In this document: in pieces, positions 38,099-50,700 of the stretch | Numbering within the stretch: the first letter of the stretch is position 1 | How the letters are laid out: each line of letters starts with the position of its first letter | NCBI GenBank assembly: GCA_964187785.1 | Contig: OZ076409.1 | Coordinates: forward strand, 81,532,001-81,596,000 | Origin: Amphiscolops sp. MND2022 | Lineage: Eukaryota | DNA length: 64,000 nt | Reading direction: 5' to 3' | Translations under genes and position numbers: made by a program | The notes under the pieces: generated by a model | What the model was told of the DNA's origin: nothing | The model's input: only the letters and a program-made list of their open reading frames with translations | Databases searched by the model: none

Positions 38099-38380
38099 TA
38101 ATTATTAAAATGAGTTCTTGGGAATAAGTTTCTTTTTGACGCCAAAATTGAGTCAAAAAGATAATTGCATTCAATCAACTCATCAAGACTCTTATCAAGA
38201 TCTATTTACCGGTCTGCGTTCATTTCACCCCAAGATCATTTCGTAGAACCATAAAAAACAGAACGCATAAAGAAGTTTCGTTTTTCAAAATCGTAATATT
38301 TGTACACAAGGCGCTAATATTGTATTTTTTGCCAATCATTCAAAATGGAGCTCTCTCTTTTTGCATTAAAATTGGGGCTT

Positions 38381-38780
38381 TCCCAGGTTGTCTGTCATGG
38401 CTCGTTCATGGAAAATCATCCATGATCATGGATTTTTCGGCATATTACTTCGACTTTCTTGGAAAATCATGGATGGCCCATGGCAGGGCATGGCCCCATG
38501 GATCATCATCCATGATTTTGACCCATGATTCATCCATGATGAGCCATGTTGAAAATTTCGTTCGAAGTCGAAAAATTTCTCTTACCGTGTCAGTTTTTGT
38601 CTCTGTCTCTTTTTCTAAGCCTCAGAATCTGAGGGTTACCTTAATGGCCCGGGTAGCATTAAGGACGCTTTTCGGCACCGCGTTTCCTGAAGCCGCTGAG
38701 ATAGGTAGGAGTTTCGTTAGCATTAGGTGGGTTTTTGATGGTTTTGGGGATGGTTTTTGATAGAATTGCGGAAAAACGCG
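38381..38780. mobile_element. Left arm of a CCCAG-terminated element related to 35077-36460, leading directly into the satellite
   Basis: Starts CCCAGGTTG with CATGG/CATGA microrepeats. 38632-38725 is the reverse complement of ~36120-36215 (GGGTAGCATTAAGGACGCTTTTCGGCACCGCGTTTCCTGAAGCCG). Confidence 0.7.
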
Positions 38781-41700
38781 TCCTTTCAGATCAATTTTAG
38801 AGAAAATATAGAGTTATTCTAGTTTGTATCTAGATCAATGCTTCGCCCGATTTCGATCTGGATTCTGCACTTATATGGTCTATTACCTATGAATCGTACT
38901 GTAGTTTTGCTGATTTCATGCCTTTTTTTCCGAGAAACCTTGTTACAAAACGCTTGTTTTCCGATGAATTTCAGAGAAAATGTAAAATTGTTCTAGTTTG
39001 TATCTAGATTAATGCCTCGTCCGATTCCGAACTAAATTCTGCATCTATATGGTCTAATAACTATGAATCGTACTGTAGTTTTGCTGATTTCATGTCTTTT
39101 TCGGTAAATCTTGTTAAAAAACGCTTCTTTTCAGATCAATTTTAGAGAAAATGTAGAATTGTTTTTGTTTGTATCTAGATTAATGCCTCGTCCGATTCCG
39201 AACTAAATTCTGCTTCTATATGGTCTAATAACTATGAATCGTACTGTAGTTTTGCTGATTTCATGTCTTATTTTCGAGAAATCTTGTTACAAAGCTTTTT
39301 TCAGATCACTTTTGGAGAAAATGTAGAATTGTTCTTGTTTGTATCTAGATTAATGCCTCGTCCGATTCCGAACTAAATTCTGCATCTATATGGTCTAATA
39401 ACTATGAATCGTACTGTAGTTTTGCTGATTTCATGTCTTATTTTCGAGAAACCTTGTTACAAAACGCTTTTCAGATCAATTTTAGAGAAAATGTAGAATT
39501 GTTCTTGTTTGTATCTAGATTAATGCCTCGTCCGATTCCGAACTAAATTCTGCATCTAAATGGTCTAATAACTATGAATCGTACTGTAGTTTTGCTGATT
39601 TCATGTCTTTTTCGGTAAATTTTGTTAAAAAACGCTTCTTTTCAGATCAATTTTAGAGAAAATGTAGAATTGTTCTTGTTTGTATCTAGATTAATGCCTC
39701 GTCCGATTCCGAACTAAATTCTGCATCTATATGGTCTAATAACTATGAATCGTACTGTAGTTTTGCTGATTTCATGTCTTTTTCGGTAAATCTTGTTAAA
39801 AAACGCTTCTTTTCAGATCAATTTTAGAGAAAATGTAGAATTGTTCATGTTTGTATCTAGATTAATGCCTCGTCCGATTCCGAACTAAATTCTGCATCTA
39901 TATGGTCTAATAACTATGAATCGTACTGTAGTTTTGCTGATTTCATGTTTTCTTTCGGTAAATCTTGTTAAAAAACGCTTCTTTTCAGATCAATTTTAGA
40001 GAAAATGTAGAATTGTTCTTGTTTGTATCTAGAATAATGCCTCGTCCGATTCCGAACTAAATTCTGCATCTATATGGTCTAATAACTATGAATCGTACTG
40101 TAGTTTTGCTGATTTCATGTCTTTTTTGGTAAATTTTGTTAAAAAACGCTTCTTTTCAGATCAATTTTAGAGAAAATGTAGAATTGTTCTTGTTTGTATC
40201 TAGATTAATGCCTCGTCCGATTCCGAACTAAATTCAGCATCTATATGGTCTAATAACCATGAATCGTACTGTAATTTTGCTGATTTTATGTCTTTTTCGG
40301 TAAATCTTGTTAAAAAACGCTTCTTTTCAGATCAATTTTAGAGAAAATGTAGAATTGTTCTTGTTTTTATCTAGATTAATGCCTCGTCCGATTCCGAACT
40401 AAATTCCGCATCTATATGGTCTAATAACTATGAATCGTACTGTAGTTTTGCTGATTTCATGTCTTATTTTCGGGAAATCTTGTTACAAAACGCTTTTCAG
40501 ATCAATTTTAGAGAAAATGTAGAATTGTTCTTGTTTGTATCTAGATTAATGCCTCGTCCGATTCCGAACTAAATTCTGCATCTATATGGTCTAATAACTA
40601 TGAATCGTACTGTAGTTTTGCTGATTTCATGTCTTTTTCGGTAAATTTTGTTAAAAAACGCTTCTTTTCAGATCAATTTTAGAGAAAATGTAGAATTGTT
40701 CTTGTTTGTATCTAGATTAATGCCTCGTCCGATTCCGAACTAAATTCTGCATCTATATGGTCTAATAACTATGAATCGTACTGTAGTTTTGCTGATTTCA
40801 TGTCTTATTTTCGAGAAATCTTGTTACAAAACGCTTTTCAGATCAATTTTAGAGAAAATGTAGAATTGTTCTTGTTTGTATCTAGAATAATGCCTCGTCC
40901 GATTCCGAACTAAATTTTGCATCTATATGGTCTAATAACTATGAATCGTACTGTAGTTTTGCTGATTTCATGTCTTTTTTGGTAAATCTTGTTAAAAAAC
41001 GCTTCTTTTCAGATCAATTTTAGAGAAAATGTAGAATTGTTTTTGTTTGTATCTAGATTAATGCCTCGTCCGATTCCGAACTAAATTCTGCATCTATATG
41101 GTCTAAAAACTATGAATCGTACTGTAGTTTTGCTGATTTCATGTCTTTTTTTCGAGAAATCTTGTTACAAAACGCTTTTCAGATCAATTTTGGAGAAAAT
41201 GTAGAATTGTTCTTGTTTGTATCTAGATTAATGCCTCGTCCGATTCCGAACTAAATTCTGCATCTATATGGTCTAATAACTATGAATCGTACTGTAGTTT
41301 TGCTGATTTCACGTCTTTTTCGGTAAATTTTGTTAAAAAACGCTTCTTTTCAGATCAATTTTAGAGAAAATGTAGAATTGTTCTTGTTTGTATCTAGATT
41401 AATGCCTCGTCCGATTCCGAACTAAATTCTGCATCTATATGGTCTAATAACTATGAATCGTACTGTAGTTTTGCTGATTTCATGTCTTTTTCGGTAAATC
41501 TTGTTAAAAAACGCTTCTTTTCAGATCAATTTTAGAGAAAATGTAGAATTGTTCTTGTTTGTATCTAGTTTAATGCCTCGTCCGATTCCGAACTAAATTC
41601 TGCCTCTATATGGTCTAATAACTATGAATCGTACTGTAGTTTTGCTGATTTCATGTCTTATTTTCGAGAAATCTTGTTACAAAACGCTTTTCAGATCAAT

Positions 41701-44700
41701 TTTAGAGAAAATGTAGAATTGTTCTTGTTTGTATCTAGAATAATGCCTCGTCCGATTCCGAACTAAATTTTGCATCTATATGGTCTAATAACTATGAATC
41801 GTACTGTAGTTTTGCTGATTTCATGTCTTTTTTGGTAAATCTTGTTAAAAAACGCTTCTTTTCAGATCAATTTTAGAGAAAATGTAGAATTGTTTTTGTT
41901 TGTATCTAGATTAATGCCTCGTCCGATTCCGAACTAAATTCTGCATCTATATGGTCTAAAAACTATGAATCGTACTGTAGTTTTGCTGATTTCATGTCTT
42001 TTTTTCGAGAAATCTTGTTACAAAACGCTTTTCAGATCAATTTTGGAGAAAATGTAGAATTGTTCTTGTTTGTATCTAGATTAATGCCTCGTCCGATTCC
42101 GAACTAAATTCTGCATCTATATGGTCTAATAACTATGAATCGTACTGTAGTTTTGCTGATTTCACGTCTTTTTCGGTAAATCTTGTTAAAAAACGCTTCT
42201 TTTCAGATCAATTTTAGAGAAAATGTAGAATTGTTCTTGTTTGTATCTAGATTAATGCCTCGTCCGATTGCGAACTAAATTCTGCATCTATATGGTCTAA
42301 TAACTATGAATCGTACTGTAGTTTTGCTGATTGCATGTCTTTTTCGGTAAATCTTGTTAAAAAACGCTTCTTTTCAGATCAATTTTAGAGAAAATGTAGA
42401 ATTGTTCTTGTTTGTATCTAGATTAATGCCTCGTCCGATTCCGAACTAAATTCTGCATCTATATGGTCTAATAACTATGAATCGTACTGTAGTTTTGCTG
42501 ATTTCTTGTCTTTTTTTCGAGAAATCTTGTTACAAAACGCTTTTCAGATCAATTTTAGCGAAAATGTAGAATTGTTCTTGTTTGTATCTAGATTAAAGCC
42601 TCGTCCGATTCCGAACTAAATTCTGCATCTATATGGTCTAATAACTATGAATCGTACTGTAGTTTTGCTGATTTCATGTCTTATTTTCGAGAAATCTTGT
42701 TACAAAACGCTTTTCAGATCAATTTTAGAGAAAATGTAGAATTGTTCTTGTTTGTATCTAGATTAATGCCTCGTCCGATTCCGAACTAAATTCTGCATCT
42801 ATATGGTCTAATAACTATGAATCGTACTGTAGTTTTGCTGATTTCATGTCTTTTTTGGTAAATCTTGTTAAAAAACGCTTCTTTTCAGATCAATTTTAGA
42901 GAAAATGTAGAATTGTTTTTGTTTGTATCTAGATTAATGCCTCGTCCGATTCCGAACTAAATTCTGCATCTATATGGTCTAAAAACTATGAATCGTACTG
43001 TAGTTTTGCTGATTTCATGTCTTTTTTTTCGAGAAATCTTGTTACAAAACGCTTTTCAGATCAATTTTGGAGAAAATGTAGAATTGTTCTTGTTTGTATC
43101 TAGATTAATGCCTCGTCCGATTCCGAACTAAATTCTGCATCTATATGGTCTAATAACTATGAATCGTACTGTAGTTTTGCTGATTTCACGTCTTTTTCGG
43201 TAAATCTTGTTAAAAAACGCTTCTTTTCAGATCAATTTTAGAGAAAATGTAGAATTGTTCTTGTTTGTATCTAGATTAATGCCTCGTCCGATTGCGAACT
43301 AAATTCTGCATCTATATGGTCTAATAACTATGAATCGTACTGTAGTTTTGCTGATTGCATGTCTTTTTCGGTAAATCTTGTTAAAAAACGCTTCTTTTCA
43401 GATCAATTTTAGAGAAAATGTAGAATTGTTCTTGTTTGTATCTAGATTAATGCCTCGTCCGATTCCGAACTAAATTCTGCATCTATATGGTCTAATAACT
43501 ATGAATCGTACTGTAGTTTTGCTGATTTCACGTCTTTTTCGGTAAATCTTGTTAAAAAACGCTTCTTTTCAGATCAATTTTAGAGAAAATGTAGAATTGT
43601 TCTTGTTTGTATCTAGATTAATGCCTCGTCCGATTGCGAACTAAATTCTGCATCTATATGGTCTAATAACTATGAATCGTACTGTAGTTTTGCTGATTGC
43701 ATGTCTTTTTCGGTAAATCTTGTTAAAAAACGCTTCTTTTCAGATCAATTTTAGAGAAAATGTAGAATTGTTCTTGTTTGTATCTAGATTAATGCCTCGT
43801 CCGATTCCGAACTAAATTCTGCATCTATATGGTCTAATAACTATGAATCGTACTGTAGTTTTGCTGATTTCTTGTCTTTTTTTCGAGAAATCTTGTTACA
43901 AAACGCTTTTCAGATCAATTTTAGCGAAAATGTAGAATTGTTCTTGTTTGTATCTAGATTAAAGCCTCGTCCGATTCCGAACTAAATTCTGCATCTATAT
44001 GGTCTAATAACTATGAATCGTACTGTAGTTTTGCTGATTTCATGTCTTATTTTCGAGAAATCTTGTTACAAAACGCTTTTCAGATCAATTTTAGAGAAAA
44101 TGTAGAATTGTTCTTGTTTGTATCTAGATTAATGCCTCGTCCGATTCCGAACTAAATTCTGCATCTATATGGTCTAATAACTATGAATCGTACTGTAGTT
44201 TTGCTGATTTCATGTCTTTTTTGGTAAATCTTGTTAAAAAACGCTTCTTTTCAGATCAATTTTAGAGAAAATGTAGAATTGTTTTTGTTTGTATCTAGAT
44301 TAATGCCTCGTCCGATTCCGAACTAAATTCTGCATCTATATGGTCTAATAACTATGAATCGTACTGTAGTTTTGCTGATTTCATGTCTTTTTTTCGAGAA
44401 ATCTTGTTACAAAACGCTTTTCAGATCAATTTTGGAGAAAATGTAGAATTGTTCTTGTTTGTATCTAGATTAATGCCTCGTCCGATTCCGAACTAAATTC
44501 TGCATCTATATGGTCTAATAACTATGAATCGTACTGTAGTTTTGCTGATTTCATGTCTTTTTCGGTAAATCTTGTTAAAAAACGCTTCTTTTCAGATCAA
44601 TTTTAGAGAAAATGTAGAATTGTTCTTGTTTGTATCTAGATTAATGCCTCGTCCGATTCCGAACTAAATTCTGCATCTGTATGGTCTAATAACTATGAAT

Positions 44701-47700
44701 CGTACTGTAGTTTTGCTGAATTCTTGTCTTTTTTTCGAGAAATCTTGTTACAAAACGCTTTTCAGATCAATTTGAGCGAAAATGTAGAATTGTTCTTGTT
44801 TGTATCTAGATTAATGCCTCGTCCGATTCCGAACTAAATTCTGCATCTATATGGTCTAATAACTATGAATCGTACTGTAGTTTTGCTGATTTCATGTCTT
44901 TTTCGGTAAATCTTGTTAAAAAACGCTTCTTTTCAGATCAATTTTAGAGAAAATGTAGAATTGTTCTTGTTTGTATCTAGATTAATGCCTCGTCCGATTC
45001 CGAACTAAATTCTGCATCTGTATGGTCTAATAACTATGAATCGTACTGTAGTTTTGCTGAATTCTTGTCTTTTTTTCGAGAAATCTTGTTACAAAACGCT
45101 TTTCAGATCAATTTGAGCGAAAATGTAGAATTGTTCTTGTTTGTATCTAGATTAATGCCTCGTCCGATTCCGAACTAAATTCTGCATCTATATGGTCTAA
45201 TAACTATGAATCGTACTGTAGTTTTGCTGATTTCATGTCTTTTTTGGTAAATCTTGTTAAAAAACGCTTCTTTTCAGATCAATTTTAGAGAAAATGTAGA
45301 ATTGTTTTTGTTTGTATCTAGATTAATGCCTCGTCCGATTCCGAACTAAATTCTGCATCTATATGGTCTAATAACTATGAATCGTACTGTAGTTTTGCTG
45401 ATTTCATGTCTTTTTTTTTCGAGAAATCTTGTTACAAAACGCTTTTCAGATCAATTTTGGAGAAAATGTAGAATTGTTCTTGTTTGTATCTAGATTAATG
45501 CCTCGTCCGATTCCGAACTAAATTCTGCATCTATATGGTCTAATAACTATGAATCGTACTGTAGTTTTGCTGATTTCATGTCTTTTTCGGTAAATCTTGT
45601 TAAAAAACGCTTCTTTTCAGATCAATTTTAGAGAAAATGTAGAATTGTTCTTGTTTGTATCTAGATTAATGCCTCGTCCGATTCCGAACTAAATTCTGCA
45701 TCTGTATGGTCTAATAACTATGAATCGTACTGTAGTTTTGCTGAATTCTTGTCTTTTTTTCGAGAAATCTTGTTACAAAACGCTTTTCAGATCAATTTGA
45801 GCGAAAATGTAGAATTGTTCTTGTTTGTATCTAGATTAATGCCTCGTCCGATTCCGAACTAAATTCTGCATCTATATGGTCTAAAAACTATGAATCGTAC
45901 TGTAGTTTTGCTGATTTCATGTCTTTTTTTTTCGAGAAATCTTGTTACAAAACGCTTTTCAGATCAATTTTGGAGAAAATGTAGAATTGTTCTTGTTTGT
46001 ATCTAGATTAATGCCTCGTCCGATTCCGAACTAAATTCTGCATCTATATGGTCTAATAACTATGAATCGTATTGTAGTTTTGCTGATTTCACGTCTTTTT
46101 CGGTAAATCTTGTTAAAAAACGCTTCTTTTCAGATCAATTTTAGAGAAAATGTAGAATTGTTCTTGTTTGTATCTAGATTAATGCCTCGTCCGATTGCGA
46201 ACTAAATTCTGCATCTATATGGTCTAATAACTATGAATCGTACTGTAGTTTTGCTGATTGCATGTCTTTTTCGGTAAATCTTGTTAAAAAACGCTTCTTT
46301 TCAGATCAATTTTAGAGAAAATGTAGAATTGTTCTTGTTTGTATCTAGATTAATGCCTCGTCCGATTCCGAACTAAATTCTGCATCTATATGGTCTAATA
46401 ACTATGAATCGTACTGTAGTTTTGCTGATTTCTTGTCTTTTTTTCGAGAAATCTTGTTACAAAACGCTTTTCAGATCAATTTTAGCGAAAATGTAGAATT
46501 GTTCTTGTTTGTATCTAGATTAAAGCCTCGTCCGATTCCGAACTAAATTCTGCATCTATATGGTCTAATAAGTATGAATCGTACTGTAGTTTTGCTGATT
46601 TCATGTCTTATTTTCGAGAAATCTTGTTACAAAACGCTTTTCAGATCAATTTTAGAGAAAATGTAGAATTGTTCTTGTTTGTATCTAGATTAATGCCTCG
46701 TCCGATTCCGAACTAAATTCTGCATCTATATGGTCTAATAACTATGAATCGTACTGTAGTTTTGCTGATTTCATGTCTTTTTTGGTAAATCTTGTTAAAA
46801 AACGCTTCTTTTCAGATCAATTTTAGAGAAAATGTAGAATTGTTTTTGTTTGTATCTAGATTAATGCCTCGTCCGATTCCGAACTAAATTCTGCATCTAT
46901 ATGGTCTAATAACTATGAATCGTACAGTAGTTTTGCTGATTTCATGTCTTTTTTTCGAGAAATCTTGTTACAAAACGCTTTTCAGATCAATTTTGGAGAA
47001 AATGTAGAATTGTTCTTGTTTGTATCTAGATTAATGCCTCGTCCGATTCCGAACTAAATTCTGCATCTATATGGTCTAATAACTATGAATCGTACTGTAG
47101 TTTTGCTGATTTCATGTCTTTTTCGGTAAATCTTGTTAAAAAACGCTTCTTTTCAGATCAATTTTAGAGAAAATGTAGAATTGTTCTTGTTTGTATCTAG
47201 ATTAATGCCTCGTCCGATTCCGAACTAAATTCTGCATCTGTATGGTCTAATAACTATGAATCGTACTGTAGTTTTGCTGAATTCTTGTCTTTTTTTCGAG
47301 AAATCTTGTTACAAAACGCTTTTCAGATCAATTTGAGCGAAAATGTAGAATTGTTCTTGTTTGTATCTAGATTAATGCCTCGTCCGATTCCGAACTAAAT
47401 TTTGCATCTATATGGTCTAATAACTATGAATCGTACTGTAGTTTTGCTGATTTCACGTCTTTTTCGGTAAATCTTGTTAAAAAACGCTTCTTTTCAGATC
47501 AATTTTAGAGAAAATGTAGAATTGTTCTTGTTTGTATCTAGATTAATGCCTCGTCCGATTGCGAACTAAATTCTGCATCTATATGGTCTAATAACTATGA
47601 ATCGTACTGTAGTTTTGCTGATTGCATGTCTTTTTCGGTAAATCTTGTTAAAAAACGCTTCTTTTCAGATCAATTTTAGAGAAAATGTAGAATTGTTCTT

Positions 47701-50700
47701 GTTTGTATCTAGATTAATGCCTCGTCCGATTCCGAACTAAATTCTGCATCTATATGGTCTAATAACTATGAATCGTACTGTAGTTTTGCTGATTTCTTGT
47801 CTTTTTTTCGAGAAATCTTGTTACAAAACGCTTTTCAGATCAATTTTAGCGAAAATGTAGAGTTGTTCTTGTTTGTATCTAGATTAAAGCCTCGTCCGAT
47901 TCCGAACTAAATTCTGCATCTATATGGTCTAATAACTATGAATCGTACTGTAGTTTTGCTGATTTCATGTCTTATTTTCGAGAAATCTTGTTACAAAACG
48001 CTTTTCAGATCAATTTTAGAGAAAATGTAGAATTGTTCTTGTTTGTATCTAGATTAATGCCTCGTCCGATTCCGAACTAAATTCTGCATCTATATGGTCT
48101 AATAACTATGAATCGTACTGTAGTTTTGCTGATTTCATGTCTTTTTTGGTAAATCTTGTTAAAAAACGCTTCTTTTCAGATCAATTTTAGAGAAAATGTA
48201 GAATTGTTTTTGTTTGTATCTAGATTAATGCCTCGTCCGATTCCGAACTAAATTCTGCATCTATATGGTCTAATAACTATGAATCGTACTGTAGTTTTGC
48301 TGATTTCATGTCTTTTTTTCGAGAAATCTTGTTACAAAACGCTTTTCAGATCAATTTTGGAGAAAATGTAGAATTGTTCTTGTTTGTATCTAGATTAATG
48401 CCTCGTCCGATTCCGAACTAAATTCTGCATCTATATGGTCTAATAACTATGAATCGTACTGTAGTTTTGCTGATTTCATGTCTTTTTCGGTAAATCTTGT
48501 TAAAAAACGCTTCTTTTCAGATCAATTTTAGAGAAAATGTAGAATTGTTCTTGTTTGTATCTAGATTAATGCCTCGTCCGATTCCGAACTAAATTCTGCA
48601 TCTGTATGGTCTAATAACTATGAATCGTACTGTAGTTTTGCTGAATTCTTGTCTTTTTTTCGAGAAATCTTGTTACAAAACGCTTTTCAGATCAATTTGA
48701 GCGAAAATGTAGAATTGTTCTTGTTTGTATCTAGATTAAAGCCTCGTCCGATTCCGAACTAAATTCTGCATCTATATGGTCTAATAACTATGAATCGTAC
48801 TGTTGTTTTGCTGATTTCATGTCTTTTTCGGTAAATCTTGTTAAAAAACGCTTCTTTTCAGATCAATTTTAGAGAAGATGTAGAATTGTTCTTGTTTGTA
48901 TCTAGATTAATGCCTCGTCCGATTCCGAACTAAATTCTGCATCTATATGGTCTAATAACTATGAATCGTACTGTAGCTTTGATGATTTCATGTCTTTTTC
49001 GGTAAATCTTGTTAAAAAACGCTTCTTTTCAGATCAATTTTAGAGAAAATGTAGAATAGTTTTTGTTTGTATCTAGATTAATGCCTCGTCCGATTCCGAA
49101 CTAAATTCTGCATCTATATGGTCTAATAACTATGAATCGTACTGTAATTTTGCTGATTTCATGTCTTATTATCGAGAAATCTTGTTACAAAACGCTTTTC
49201 AGATCAATTTTAGAGAAAATGTAGAATTGTTCTTGTTTGTATCTAGATTAATGCCTCGTCCGATTGCGAACTAAATTCTGCATCTATATGGTCTAATAAC
49301 TATGAATCGTACTGTAGTGTTGCTGATTGCATGTCTTTTTCGTTAAATCTTGTTAAAAAACGCTTCTTTTCAGATCAATTTTAGAGAAAATGTAGAATTG
49401 TTCTTGTTTGTATCTAGATTAATGCCTCGTCCGATTCCGAACTAAATTCTGCATCTATATGGTCTAATAACTATGAATCGTACTGTAGTTTTGCTGATTT
49501 CTTGTCTTTTTTTCGAGAAATCTTGTTACAAAACGCTTTTCAGATCAATTTTAGCGAAAATGTAGAATTGTTCTTGTTTGTATCTAGATTAAAGCCTCGT
49601 CCGATTCCGAACTAAATTCTGCATCTATATGGTCTAATAACTATGAATCGTACTGTAGTTTTGCTGATTTCAAGTCTTATTTTCGAGAAATCTTGTTACA
49701 AAACGCTTTTCAGATCAATTTTAGAGAAAATGTAGAATTGTTCTTGTTTGTATCTAGATTAATGCCTCGTCCGATTCCGAACTAAATTCTGCATCTATAT
49801 GGTCTAATAACTATGAATCGTACTGTAGTTTTGCTGATTTCATGTCTTTTTTGGTAAATCTTGTTAAAAAACGCTTCTTTTCAGATCAATTTTAGAGAAA
49901 ATGTAGAATTGTTTTTGTTTGTATCTAGATTAATGCCTCGTCCGATTCCGAACTAAATTCTGCATCTATATGGTCTAATAACTATGAATCGTACTGTAGT
50001 TTTGCTGATTTCATGTCTTTTTTTCGAGAAATCTTGTTACAAAACGCTTTTCAGATCAATTTTGGAGAAAATGTAGAATTGTTCTTGTTTGTATCTAGAT
50101 TAATGCCTCGTCCGATTCCGAACTAAATTCTGCATCTATATGGTCTAATAACTATGAATCGTACTGTAGTTTTGCTGATTTCATGTCTTTTTCGGTAAAT
50201 CTTGTTAAAAAACGCTTCTTTTCAGATCAATTTTAGAGAAAATGTAGAATTGTTCTTGTTTGTATCTAGATTAATGCCTCGTCCGATTCCGAACTAAATT
50301 CTGCATCTGTATGGTCTAATAACTATGAATCGTACTGTAGTTTTGCTGAATTCTTGTCTTTTTTTCGAGAAATCTTGTTACAAAACGCTTTTCAGATCAA
50401 TTTGAGCGAAAATGTAGAATTGTTCTTGTTTGTATCTAGATTAAAGCCTCGTCCGATTCCGAACTAAATTCTGCATCTATATGGTCTAATAACTATGAAT
50501 CGTACTGTTGTTTTGCTGATTTCATGTCTTTTTCGGTAAATCTTGTTAAAAAACGCTTCTTTTCAGATCAATTTTAGAGAAGATGTAGAATTGTTCTTGT
50601 TTGTATCTAGATTAATGCCTCGTCCGATTCCGAACTAAATTCTGCATCTATATGGTCTAATAACTATGAATCGTACTGTAGTTTTGATGATTTCATGTCT

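Larger units (their letters stand above)
36974..38199. mobile_element. MITE with ~55-bp TIRs hosting two nested MITEs
   Basis: CTTAATAAGTGTCTTGATGAGTTGATTGAATGCAATT...GACTCAATTTTGG pairs with CCAAAATTGAGTC...AATTGCATTCAATCAACTCATCAAGACTCTTATCAAG. Confidence 0.85.
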
